Under the pieces are notes generated by a model. The model saw nothing but the letters and a program-made list of their open reading frames with translations, had not been told where the DNA came from and searched no databases. Shown here in pieces: positions 50,857-60,584 of a stretch of DNA of 64,000 nt (position 1 is the first letter of the stretch; every line of letters begins with the position of its first letter). Made by a program: the position numbers and the translations under genes. Origin of the DNA: Solirubrobacteraceae bacterium (GTDB lineage: Bacteria > Actinomycetota > Thermoleophilia > Solirubrobacterales > Solirubrobacteraceae); assembly GCA_036269375.1 (NCBI GenBank), contig DATASE010000101.1:1915-65914 (forward strand), read 5' to 3'.

Positions 50857-51834
50857 CTAGTTAACGGGCAATGTCCGCGCAGCCGTACGCTCGCGCTCGG
50901 AAAGTTCCTCGAGGGTGTCGGGAACGCTGGCGGAGGCAGGGCGCCCGGCAGCGAGCGAGAGTCGGGCCTGCATCAGCAGCGGCGCCATGTGGGCCCACCG
51001 CTTGGCAAGCGGCTCGGCCTGCTCGCGAACCCAGTCGGCAAGCGCCCCGTCGCCGCTCTGGGCCGCCTTGGCGCCCGTCGCGGTGGCCAAAAAGGCACGG
51101 TGGCGCGCGATCGACCAGACGTCGTCAGCCTGGGCGTAGGCGCCGGGGTCCTGTCCGCGCTCGCGGATGCCGTTCGCAAGCTCGGACACCGCGTCGGGTC
51201 CCTCGGCGCCCGCGGGGACTCGCAGGTCCTCGACCGCGGCGCGCACAAACCAATGACAGGAGCCGCCGGGCGGTGGCGGACAGTCGTCGCCGAAGGCCAG
51301 ACGTTCGCGCAGCTCGAACACTGGGTCGCCCCCCGGCAGCCCGACCAGGACCTCGCCGAGATCGTCGCGTGCGATCTCGGTGCGGGTCGCGTGCTGGGTT
51401 CCGAGCTCGTTGCGGCAAGCGAAGGGGTCGCTCACCACGAGTCGGTCCGGCGTGCCGCCCAGCACGTACCAGTGCGGCACGTGGTGGCGTCCGTGGGCGA
51501 CATGCCAGGGCAAGCGAAAGCCGTCGCCGGCGACGATCGCTCGTCCGCAGCGCTCCAGCTCCGCGAGCACGGCCTCGACGGCCTGCGAGCCCGGACTGTG
51601 CGGGCCGCTGCGTACCAGCTGCAGATCGCGGCGCAGGCCGGCGGGGAAGTGAACGAAGCCGAACAGTCCGTCGCCGGCGGGGAAGACCTTCAGCGTCAGG
51701 CCCGGGTCGATCGCCGAGCGCCAGTCCTCGCGCTCGAAGGCCGCCCAGGTCGCGATCGCCGCGCTGTAGCAGGTGAAGGTCTCGCCCAGCTCGCTCAGCT
51801 GCACCCAGCGAGCATCCAGGTCGTTCGTCGTCAT
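50857..51834 (-). CDS. BtrH-like / papain-fold acyltransferase candidate
   Basis: Early Cys (TCY), DGFRLPW...HHVPHW, VVSDPF: Cys-His-Asp order as in BtrH_N-type proteins. Confidence 0.55.
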   Translation of the reverse strand: MTTNDLDARWVQLSELGETFTCYSAAIATWAAFEREDWRSAIDPGLTLKVFPAGDGLFGFVHFPAGLRRDLQLVRSGPHSPGSQAVEAVLAELERCGRAIVAGDGFRLPWHVAHGRHHVPHWYVLGGTPDRLVVSDPFACRNELGTQHATRTEIARDDLGEVLVGLPGGDPVFELRERLAFGDDCPPPPGGSCHWFVRAAVEDLRVPAGAEGPDAVSELANGIRERGQDPGAYAQADDVWSIARHRAFLATATGAKAAQSGDGALADWVREQAEPLAKRWAHMAPLLMQARLSLAAGRPASASVPDTLEELSERERTAARTLPVN

Positions 51835-53399
51835 TTCGTCTCCGGTGTGGGGGGTTCGAGCACACTAAGACCAGGCTCGAGTCGGTCGTCGACCAGCCGC
51901 TCGGCGGTCCACAGCGCCACCTCGTCGGCCGAGGCCGCTCCGATCTGGCCGCTTGGCGTTCCCGTCATGTCCGTGCGCATCTTCGCCGGACGCAGCACGA
52001 CCGTGCGCAGCGATGGCCTGGTTGCTGCGACCCAGCCAGCCAGGCCCTCGATGGCGCCCTTCGCGGCGACATAGTGGGGCCAGTCGCGTGGGGGGGCGGC
52101 CAGCGCGGCCGAGGAGCAGAACAGGACCCAGCCGTGCTGTCGGTCGATTTGCCCGAGCAGCGAGCCGAGTGGAGCGGCGACCAAGCGCACGCTGTCGGCG
52201 ACGTAGTCGGCGAGCTCCGGCGCCGAGCTCTCCGTCAGGCCCATCGGCAGCGGCGCCAGTGCCGCGCTCAAGACAAGGCCAGCGAGTGGCAGCTCGGACT
52301 GTGCCAAAGACGCGAGCAGCGCCTGCAAGCCCACGCGATCGCGCAGATCGACCTGTCGCAGGTGAAGGCGCTCCGCGTGTGGCCCGGCGATTCGCTCGAG
52401 CTCGCGCGCTCGCCGCGGCGAGCGCGCATAGAGCACGTGCACGTCGTGGCCGAGCGCAAGCAGCGCCAGCGCAAGCGATGCTCCAAAGCCCCGGCTTCCG
52501 CCCGCCACGATCACGGCTCCGCGCTTCGTCGCGGCCGGAGCGTCGAGACCGAGGACGGCGGGCGAGGGGGGCACTGGGCGTGGCAGGGCAAAGCACTCGA
52601 TCTGCGCAACCGTCGGCTCGGCTTGGCTTGCGGCCAGCCGTCCGTCGAGCATCAGCCTGCCGGTGCGCGGGTCGTGATCGCGAATGGCAAGCGTCTGACC
52701 GGGCGCCGCACCCTGCGGCGAGGGGTCCGTTTCGAGCGTGAGTCCTGCAAACAGCGAATGCAGACCCGGCAGCTCCATCCCGACGACATAACTGGCCCAA
52801 GCCAGGCCAACCAGCAGCGAGCGGTCCAAGCCTTCGGCGCCGAGGCTGCGCGCGAGCGCCTCCAGCTCGTGCGTCCTCGCCAGGTAGTCGCTGCGCACGA
52901 CGTGCCCTGCCTGCAGCTGGGAAGCGGACGGCTCGGCCGGCGTCACCCGCATCGGTCCGACGGGCGTGGTCGCGTTTGCTTCGCGCGCGGCGGGTGCCTG
53001 GGTTGAGACCATCGGCTGCTCGGCGGGCGACAGCGTCGAGACCAACGGCCGCTCGGCCGCTCGGCGTGCCAGCAGCCGTACCGCCGCGCGGCCACGCACC
53101 GTTACGTGCGCCTCCCAGCATTCGGGCGCCGCGGCGGGCCCGGCCGCGATCGTCACCTGTGTGCCCACGGGCACCGCGCCCGAGAACGAGACTCGCAGCC
53201 AGCGCGTCGCGGCGAGCGCCTGCTTGGGTAGCGCGCCGAGCATCGCGATCGCAACCAGCGAGCCGTGTGCGATCGGGCCGCCAAACGCTGTCCCGGCCGC
53301 AAACTCGCGGTCCACGTGCAACGGGTTGCGGTCGCCGCTCGCGGCCGCGAACCGCTCGACGTCCTCAGCGGTGAAGCGCAGCTCGCGCTCAGCCGGCAT
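51831..53399 (-). CDS. MaoC-like dehydratase fused to an SDR ketoreductase
   Basis: FAAASGDRNPLH...IAHG; GGSRGFG; YVAAK. Confidence 0.88.
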   Translation of the reverse strand: MPAERELRFTAEDVERFAAASGDRNPLHVDREFAAGTAFGGPIAHGSLVAIAMLGALPKQALAATRWLRVSFSGAVPVGTQVTIAAGPAAAPECWEAHVTVRGRAAVRLLARRAAERPLVSTLSPAEQPMVSTQAPAAREANATTPVGPMRVTPAEPSASQLQAGHVVRSDYLARTHELEALARSLGAEGLDRSLLVGLAWASYVVGMELPGLHSLFAGLTLETDPSPQGAAPGQTLAIRDHDPRTGRLMLDGRLAASQAEPTVAQIECFALPRPVPPSPAVLGLDAPAATKRGAVIVAGGSRGFGASLALALLALGHDVHVLYARSPRRARELERIAGPHAERLHLRQVDLRDRVGLQALLASLAQSELPLAGLVLSAALAPLPMGLTESSAPELADYVADSVRLVAAPLGSLLGQIDRQHGWVLFCSSAALAAPPRDWPHYVAAKGAIEGLAGWVAATRPSLRTVVLRPAKMRTDMTGTPSGQIGAASADEVALWTAERLVDDRLEPGLSVLEPPTPETK

Positions 53400-53631
53400 G
53401 CTCGAGCACCAGGGCCCTGAGCGAGCCGACGCTCTGGCGCTCGAGCAGCGCCGAGTCCGGCAGGCGCACACCGAAGCGGCCCTCGAGTTCGTGCACGAGC
53501 CGGATCTGCGCCAGCGAGTCCCACTGCTCGAGCGTCTCAGGGCCGTCGTCGTCGTCGATTTCGACGCCCCAGCCGAACACGTCCTCGAAGACGGTCCGGA
53601 AGTCCTGCTCGAATTGCTCGTCGGCGGTCAT
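53389..53631 (-). CDS. Acyl carrier protein
   Basis: WDSL motif typical of FkbH-associated ACPs. Confidence 0.9.
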   Translation of the reverse strand: MTADEQFEQDFRTVFEDVFGWGVEIDDDDGPETLEQWDSLAQIRLVHELEGRFGVRLPDSALLERQSVGSLRALVLEHAG

Positions 53632-55490
53632 GGCTCGTCCACGATGAAGTCGCTCTGGATCGGCCCGTTCGCCGCCAGATCGTACTCCCAGCAGTACTTG
53701 CCCTCCTCGCTGGCGCGAAAGCCTAGTCGCGGATATACCTCGGCGACGAGCTCGTTGCGCGGGCCGGGCACATACTCGCCTCGCAGCCGGCTGAAGCCCA
53801 GTTGCAAAGCCGCGGCGCTCACGTGCGCGAGCATGTGCGCCTCGGCGGTGCGCCCGATCACGCGGCAGCTGAGCAGGAGCGTGTCGATCACGGCGGTGTC
53901 AGGGTCGTGCTCGCTGGCGAGCGCGATCGCGAGCCCGATCATTCCGTGGCTGGCGAAACGGTCGTCGAGCTCGAGCGTGCGGCAGATCGTCCGCGGCTCC
54001 TTCGCCATCAGCTCGATCTGCTCGCGCGAGTGCCGGCGCAGAGTGAGGTTGAACTGGTTGGTCTTCTGCACGAGCTGCGCGGTGCGCTCCAGCGAGTTCT
54101 GCTCGAGCGCGCGCACCCGCGCGCGCATCTGCAGCGAGCGCCAGAAGTCCTCGAGGGTTCCCGCTCCGGCCAACAGCTCCGCGGCCTGGGCGCGCGCGGC
54201 GTACGAAGCTTGGCGGCCCGCGTCCTCGCGCGAGAGCGCCGAGAGCTCGAAGTGGACGTCTGCGGCGAGCGTGCGCACCCGCTCGGATGCTGGCACGTCG
54301 AGGCACACCGTCCACACCTCTGGCAGCGCCGCCGAGACCTCGGCGCACTCGGCGGGGTTGTCGTCAACGAAGACGATCGAGTCGAGCCCCAGCCCGAGCG
54401 TCGCTGCGATCTCGGCGATCTGTTCTGGCTTGCGTCGCCAGTCGGCCACGAAGACGGCGAAGTCCTCGAGCTTCAACCGCATGTCGGCGCGCTCCAGGAA
54501 TGGTTGGCGGGCACCCTCGGGGTCGTTCTTGGACGCGACCGCGAGGACGATACCGCGGGCGCGCAACGCCAGCACGTACTCCTGGAAGTCCGCGTAAGCC
54601 TCTCCGTCCGGCCCTTCGCCGATCGCGACCCCTTCGCTGCCCAGCTCGCCGACGACGCCTCCCCACAGGGTGTTGTCCAGGTCTAGAACCAGACAGCGCG
54701 CTGCCAAGCCGAGGTCGGCGCCCAGAACGGCGGCGGTCTCCCGCGCCAGCAGAGGCAGCGCTTCGTGGGACACCGGCTGGCGCATCCGGTACCACAGTCG
54801 CGGGTCGTGCCAGCGTTGCTTGCCGATTCGCGCCGCGAGCCGCTCGCAGTCGAGCAGCAGCACCTCCTCGCCGGCGGCGTCGGCCAGTCGGCGATTCAGC
54901 TCGCGCACCAGCGACGGTCGGCTGGCCGGCGTGCGCAGCGACAGATGCCCGAGCGGCGTATGGTCCGGGACGACGAATGCGTGCTGGATGACGCGCGCCC
55001 CGCGCTCGCCACGGATTCTCTCCCACAGTGTCTGCCACCGCTGCAGCTCGGCGGCGAGCGACCCCTCGGACTCCTCGGCAAGCTCGGCAAAGCCGAGGTC
55101 GGCCGTCGTGGAGGCGATCAGTACGTGAGTCGGCTCGAAGGCCGACAACCGCGAGCCTGGGTCGAGAACCTCCTGCTCGACCTGGCCATATGGCGCGACG
55201 TACAGCTGCGCGTCCACTCCAAGCGCAAGGCACGCGATCCGCAGGTGCTCGGATAGCTCGGCGGCCTCATAGGTGCACAGCAGCGCCAGGCGAGCCTCGC
55301 GTTTGCCGCCGGGCGTCCAGCCGGCCTTCTCGCCGGCGCCCAGGAGGTTGCGCGCAACGTTCCACGCGGCCGTGCTCTCGCCCACGAGCAACTCGCGGCG
55401 CAGCGAAAGCCAGGCCTCGTCGAAGCGCCCTTCGCTCACCAGTGCACGAACAGGCGGGCGCGCGGCGTCTTCTCGAGCATCTACTCTCAT
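53628..55490 (-). CDS. FkbH-like HAD-IIIC glyceryl transferase/phosphatase with long N-terminal domain
   Basis: LDLDNTLWGG, ASKND, FVDDNPAEC, QLVQKTNQFNLT, LLSCRVIGR; start ATG at 55490. Confidence 0.92.
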   Translation of the reverse strand: MRVDAREDAARPPVRALVSEGRFDEAWLSLRRELLVGESTAAWNVARNLLGAGEKAGWTPGGKREARLALLCTYEAAELSEHLRIACLALGVDAQLYVAPYGQVEQEVLDPGSRLSAFEPTHVLIASTTADLGFAELAEESEGSLAAELQRWQTLWERIRGERGARVIQHAFVVPDHTPLGHLSLRTPASRPSLVRELNRRLADAAGEEVLLLDCERLAARIGKQRWHDPRLWYRMRQPVSHEALPLLARETAAVLGADLGLAARCLVLDLDNTLWGGVVGELGSEGVAIGEGPDGEAYADFQEYVLALRARGIVLAVASKNDPEGARQPFLERADMRLKLEDFAVFVADWRRKPEQIAEIAATLGLGLDSIVFVDDNPAECAEVSAALPEVWTVCLDVPASERVRTLAADVHFELSALSREDAGRQASYAARAQAAELLAGAGTLEDFWRSLQMRARVRALEQNSLERTAQLVQKTNQFNLTLRRHSREQIELMAKEPRTICRTLELDDRFASHGMIGLAIALASEHDPDTAVIDTLLLSCRVIGRTAEAHMLAHVSAAALQLGFSRLRGEYVPGPRNELVAEVYPRLGFRASEEGKYCWEYDLAANGPIQSDFIVDEP

Positions 55491-55565
55491 CGTTGTGATG
55501 ACCTGCGTTGGCCGCTTGATCGGCGCCGTTCTGTGAGGATAGCGACGGGGCGCTAGGATCGAGTC

Positions 55566-58500
55566 GTGGGCGAGCTCGAGCAGGATGGCGCGGGTGCGCT
55601 CACGACCGAGGATGGCTCCGCGACGGCGGCGATCGCGGCTATCTGGGCCGAGATACTGGGCCTGGAGCGGGTGGAGGAGGACGCGAACTTCTTCGAGCTC
55701 GGTGGGGACTCGCTGGCGGCCGTTCGGATGCTCGTCGCGATCGAGGAGCGCCTGCTCGCGCAGGTGAGCTTCACCGACTTCCTCGAGCTGCCCACCGTCG
55801 CCGCGCTGGCCCGGTTGACCGCCTCGAGCGGCGTGGGCGCCGCTGTCGAGGCGGCCGCGGCCGGTCAGCCCACCCCGCCACCGGGTGCCGAGGGGCCGCT
55901 TCCTCTCAGCTACGGGCAGGAGCGGCTTTGGTTTTTGGAGCAGTTGGGTGGCTCGACGGCCGCGTACAACATGCCGATCGGGGCGCGCCTGCGCGGTGAG
56001 CTCGATCGCGAAGCGCTTCGCGCCGCGCTGGGCGACCTGATCGAGCGTCACGAGGCGCTGAGGACGACGATCGCCGCTGAGGATGGACGGCCGGTGGCGC
56101 GCGTGTCCGACAGTGGCGAGCTCGACCTGCAGGAGATCGACCTGCGCGGCGAGCGCGACGCGGAGGGGGAGGCGAGTCGGCTGTTGGCCGAGCTCGCAAG
56201 CCGTCCGTTCGATCTGGAACGCGGGCCGCTGCTGCGTGTGGCGCTCGTGCGCGTCGGCGATCACGAGCACGTGCTGGAGCTCGTCTTTCATCACATCGTC
56301 TGCGACGGCTGGTCGCAGGCTGTGGCGATGCGCGAGCTTGGTGTCCTCTACGAAGCTGCGCGCTCGCACGAGACCGCCGTGCTCGAGTCTCCCCGTGTTC
56401 AGTACAGCCAGTTCGCGCGCCGCCAGCGCGCCGAGCTAGACGAGCGCGGGCTGGAGCACCTTTTGGCCCCCTGGCTGGAGCGCTTGGCAGGGGCGCCGGA
56501 GACGATCGACCTGCCGACCGACCGCCGGCGCCCGGGCGTGCCGACGTACGCGGGGGCGACCTATCGGATTCGCCTCTCGGCAGGCACCGCCGCTGCCGTT
56601 CGAGCCTTTGCCAAGTCGGCACGGGCGACTCCGTACGCAACGTTTCTGTCGGCCCTATACGCGCTGCTGTATCGCCTCAGTGGTCAACGGGACATCGTCA
56701 TCGGGGCGACGACGGCCGCGCGCGAGGCACCTGGCCTGGAGGATGGCGTCGGCCTGTTCGCCAGCACCGTCGCGCTGCGCGGCGAGCTCAGCGACGAGCT
56801 CAGCTTCCGCGAGCTGGTCGGTAGCGTGAGCGCGACCGTCCTTTGGGCGGTGGCGCACGAGCAGGCGCCTCTGCAGGAGATCGTGGCTCGACTACCGTTG
56901 CAGCGCGATCTCACTCGCCACCCGTTGTTTCAGGTCTTCTGCGCGCAGGTGCCGCTCGCCGATCTGCCGATCGCCGGCGCCCAGCCCTACGACGCGCTGC
57001 CCACCACGGCTCGCTTCGACCTGACGCTGTTCATCGAGGAGAAGCTCGGCGGGGAGCTCGAGCTCGCGTGGGAGTACAGCTCGGAGTTGTTCGACGCGGC
57101 CACGATCGAGCGGATGGCGCGCTGGTACATCCGGCTGCTGCAGGGCGGACTGGCAGATGGTGAGCGGAAGATCGAGGATCTGCCGCTGCTGGACCGCGAG
57201 GAACGCGAGCGGGCACTCGCGGCCGGCCGCAGCGCTGCCAACCCCTATCCCGTTGCCTGCCTGCACGAGCTCTTTGAGCGCCGCGCCGCAGCCGCGCCGG
57301 ACGCGCTCGCAGTCAGCTTCGAGTCGGACACGCTCACATACGCCGAGCTCGACCGCCGGGCAAACCAACTCGCGCACAGGCTAATCGCCTTGGGTGCCGG
57401 CCCGGAGACCCTCGTCGCGCTGCTGCTCGCGCCGTCGCTCGAGCTGGTAGTGGGCATCCTCGGCGTGCTCAAGGCCGGTGCGGCCTATCTGCCGCTCGAC
57501 CCCGAGCACCCGCGCGAGCGGCTCGACTTCGTGCTCTCGGACGCTGGCAGCGAGTTGCTCGTGACCGACTCGAAGCTGCTGGATCGACTCGGCTCACGGC
57601 CGAAGGCCAGCGTGTGCCTGGATCGCGATGCCGCGGAACTGCAGCAACAGAGCGTCGAGCGGCCGCACACCGAGGTCAGCCCGGAGAGCCTCGCCTATGT
57701 GATCTACACATCGGGGTCGACCGGCCGACCAAAGGGTGTGCAGGTCGAGCACCGCCATGTCGCTCGCCTGCTTTCCGCCACCGACGAGTGGTTCGGCTTC
57801 GGCGAGGGAGATGTCTGGATCATGCTCCATTCCTACGCGTTTGACTTCAGCGTGTGGGAGCTTTGGGGAGCGCTCGCATACGGCGGGGAGCTGGTCGTCT
57901 CGCCGGTGTGGACGACGCGCTCCCCGCAAGCGCTTGCCGAGCTGCTCGCGCGGCGCGGCGTGACGGTGCTCAACGCGACTCCGAGCCTGTTCGCGGCAGT
58001 GCAGGAGGAGCTCCTGGGTCGTGCAGGGGAACTGCGCCTGCGCTATGTGATCTTCGGCGGCGAGGCGCTGCGCCCGCCCGTGCTGCGCCCGTGGTTCGAG
58101 CACCACGGCGACGGTGGGCCGACGCTCGTGAACATGTACGGGATCACCGAGACGACGGTGCACGTCACCTATCGCCCGCTGAGCGCCCGGGACTGCATGA
58201 GCGATACGAGCCCGATCGGAGATCCGATCCCCGACCTGAGCCTCTATCTACTCGACCGCAGCGGCGGGCCGGTGCCCGACGGCGTGGCCGCGGAGCTGTA
58301 CGTCGGTGGCGCAGGGGTCGCCCGCGGCTACCTGAATCGGCCCGAGCTGACGGCGCAGCGCTTTGTCGAGAACCCATTTGGCCCGGGGCGGCTGTACCGG
58401 ACAGGCGACGTCGCGGCGCGGCTGGCCGACGGCGGTCTCGACTTCAGGGGACGGATCGACGAGCAGGTCAAGATCAGGGGCTTTCGGATCGAGCTCGGAG

Positions 58501-60584
58501 AGATCGAAGGGGCGCTCAGGGAGCACCCGCTGGTCGAGGACTGCGCGGTCGTCGCAGTCGAGGCGGCCGCAGATCAGCGGCTGGCAGCCTACGTAGTCAT
58601 CAAGGACGACACGGCGAAGGGTCTGCGTGAGGAGCTGCTCGATCACCTGCAACAGAAGCTGCCGAGCTACATGGTGCCCGCCGCTCTGACTCTGTTGGAG
58701 CAAATCCCGCTCACGCGCAACGGCAAGATCGAGCGTCGCGCTTTGCCAGCTCCCACCTGGGAGCGCGAGGCGGACAGCGACCTGCTCGAGCCCGAGACGG
58801 CGATGGAGAAGCTGGTCGCTGCTATCTGGATGGACGTGCTCGGCCTCGAGCGGGTTGGAGCGCAGGACAACTTCTTCAGCCTCGGTGGGCACTCCCTGCT
58901 CGCCGCGCGGGTCGTAAGCCAGGTACGTCGTCGCTCCCACGCGGAGATCTCCGTCCGGGCGCTGTTCGAGCAGCCCACCCTTAGGGAGTTCGCGGCGGCC
59001 GTCGATAGCGCCTCAAGCGCCAAGGCGTCTGCAAGCAGCACAGCGGCGCCGGCGGTTGGAGCAGCAGCCGACTCAGACCAAGGGGAGCCGGTTGGTCGCC
59101 AGGGCGCCCCGCCGCTTGCGAGCGGCGCGGAGGACGGCTTGGCGGGCGCGGATTTGACTGCCTCGCCGACGGGCCTTCACCCGCTGTCCTTCCCCCAACA
59201 GCAGCTGTTGTTCTTCGATCAGCTGGCGCCGGGGAGCGTCACCTACAACGCCGCGCTTGCCTGGCGTGTGGTCGGCGAGCTCGACGAAGAGGCGCTGCGA
59301 AGCGCGCTGAGCGAGGTGTTCGCGCGCCAGCAGGCGTTGCGCACCGTGCTTGTGTGGGGCGAGCAGGGAGAGCCAGGCCAGCAGGTGCTCGAGCAGTGGG
59401 AGGTGAGCCTTCCGCTGGTCGATCTCTCGCAGCTGGACGCAGCGGAGCAGCAGAGCGAGCTCACCCGTCGCCTGAGCGAGCACGCGCGTCAGCCCTTTGA
59501 CCTCTCGCGTGAGCTGATGCTGCGCGTGACCCTGTTTCGGCTCGCGCCCCAGGAACACGTGATCCTGTTTGCCCCTCACCACGTCGCGTTCGACGCATGG
59601 GCGGTCGAGGTGCTCTACCGAGAGCTTGGCGAGCTGTACGACGCCGCGCTAGAGGGCCGTGAGGCGCAGCTGCCGCAGTTGCAGCGGAGCTACCGGGACT
59701 TCGCCTCCTGGCAGCGCGATCGCCTCAGCGGCGAGCTGCTGGCGGACGAGCTCGATTTCTGGCGAGGGCACCTGGCAGGCGCTCCGACGCTCACTCAGCT
59801 CCCGACCGATCGTCCTCGCTTGGGCGAGCAGGCATTCGCCGGCGCCACGCACCGTTTCCTGCTGGATGGCGAGCTCGCCGAGCAGGTACGCGAGCTGTGC
59901 GCGCAGGCCGGAGTGACGCCGTACATGCTGTTGCTTGCGGCCTTTGCGACGCTGCTTTACAGGTCAAGCGGCCAGGACGACGTCCTGATCGGGGGGCCGA
60001 TGGCCAACCGTCAGCTGGCGGGAATCGAGAACCTGATCGGGTTCTTTGCGAACACCGTCGTGGTTCGCGTGTCGCTTGCTGGCAATCCCAGCTTCCGTGA
60101 GATGCTGACGCGCGCGCGCGATTCGGTGCTGGCCTCCTACGAACACCAGGAGGTCCCGCTCGAGTTGGTCGTCGAAGCGGTGCGGCCAGAGCGCGAGCCC
60201 GGCGTGCACCCGCTCTTCCAGGTCAACTTTCGCGTCCGCGTGGGTGATCCTCCAGCGTTGCGGCTCGCGGGCACGAGCGCCGAGCCGGTGCCGGTCGATC
60301 TGCAGCTCGCGCGCTTTGAGCTCTCGCTAGAACTGCACCTCCACGGCGATCGGATCGAGGGCGAGCTCAACTACGACGTGGCGCTGTTCGACCGGGCGAC
60401 CGTGGAGCGCCTCGCCGAGGACTTCGAGGCGGTGCTGCGCTCGCTCACGCTTTCACCTGACGACCGGCTGCTGAGCGTGCAGCTCGACTCCGAGCCGACG
60501 CCCGACGACACAGAGGCGGGTGCGCTTCCGCCCCCCTCGGCAATTCGCGGCTTTCGCGCGCCCGGGCGGCTCAACGAGCGGTGA
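55566..60584 (+). CDS. NRPS T-C-A-T-C; A predicted Thr
   Basis: T motif LGGDSL; C1 HHIVCDG; pocket DFWNIGMVHK; T motif LGGHSL; terminal C HHVAFDA. Confidence 0.93.
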   Translation: MGELEQDGAGALTTEDGSATAAIAAIWAEILGLERVEEDANFFELGGDSLAAVRMLVAIEERLLAQVSFTDFLELPTVAALARLTASSGVGAAVEAAAAGQPTPPPGAEGPLPLSYGQERLWFLEQLGGSTAAYNMPIGARLRGELDREALRAALGDLIERHEALRTTIAAEDGRPVARVSDSGELDLQEIDLRGERDAEGEASRLLAELASRPFDLERGPLLRVALVRVGDHEHVLELVFHHIVCDGWSQAVAMRELGVLYEAARSHETAVLESPRVQYSQFARRQRAELDERGLEHLLAPWLERLAGAPETIDLPTDRRRPGVPTYAGATYRIRLSAGTAAAVRAFAKSARATPYATFLSALYALLYRLSGQRDIVIGATTAAREAPGLEDGVGLFASTVALRGELSDELSFRELVGSVSATVLWAVAHEQAPLQEIVARLPLQRDLTRHPLFQVFCAQVPLADLPIAGAQPYDALPTTARFDLTLFIEEKLGGELELAWEYSSELFDAATIERMARWYIRLLQGGLADGERKIEDLPLLDREERERALAAGRSAANPYPVACLHELFERRAAAAPDALAVSFESDTLTYAELDRRANQLAHRLIALGAGPETLVALLLAPSLELVVGILGVLKAGAAYLPLDPEHPRERLDFVLSDAGSELLVTDSKLLDRLGSRPKASVCLDRDAAELQQQSVERPHTEVSPESLAYVIYTSGSTGRPKGVQVEHRHVARLLSATDEWFGFGEGDVWIMLHSYAFDFSVWELWGALAYGGELVVSPVWTTRSPQALAELLARRGVTVLNATPSLFAAVQEELLGRAGELRLRYVIFGGEALRPPVLRPWFEHHGDGGPTLVNMYGITETTVHVTYRPLSARDCMSDTSPIGDPIPDLSLYLLDRSGGPVPDGVAAELYVGGAGVARGYLNRPELTAQRFVENPFGPGRLYRTGDVAARLADGGLDFRGRIDEQVKIRGFRIELGEIEGALREHPLVEDCAVVAVEAAADQRLAAYVVIKDDTAKGLREELLDHLQQKLPSYMVPAALTLLEQIPLTRNGKIERRALPAPTWEREADSDLLEPETAMEKLVAAIWMDVLGLERVGAQDNFFSLGGHSLLAARVVSQVRRRSHAEISVRALFEQPTLREFAAAVDSASSAKASASSTAAPAVGAAADSDQGEPVGRQGAPPLASGAEDGLAGADLTASPTGLHPLSFPQQQLLFFDQLAPGSVTYNAALAWRVVGELDEEALRSALSEVFARQQALRTVLVWGEQGEPGQQVLEQWEVSLPLVDLSQLDAAEQQSELTRRLSEHARQPFDLSRELMLRVTLFRLAPQEHVILFAPHHVAFDAWAVEVLYRELGELYDAALEGREAQLPQLQRSYRDFASWQRDRLSGELLADELDFWRGHLAGAPTLTQLPTDRPRLGEQAFAGATHRFLLDGELAEQVRELCAQAGVTPYMLLLAAFATLLYRSSGQDDVLIGGPMANRQLAGIENLIGFFANTVVVRVSLAGNPSFREMLTRARDSVLASYEHQEVPLELVVEAVRPEREPGVHPLFQVNFRVRVGDPPALRLAGTSAEPVPVDLQLARFELSLELHLHGDRIEGELNYDVALFDRATVERLAEDFEAVLRSLTLSPDDRLLSVQLDSEPTPDDTEAGALPPPSAIRGFRAPGRLNER

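Noticed and set aside
55491-56369. N-terminal extension of the 913-aa FkbH ORF
   Set aside because: Antisense shadow of the NRPS at 55566; real start is likely 55490
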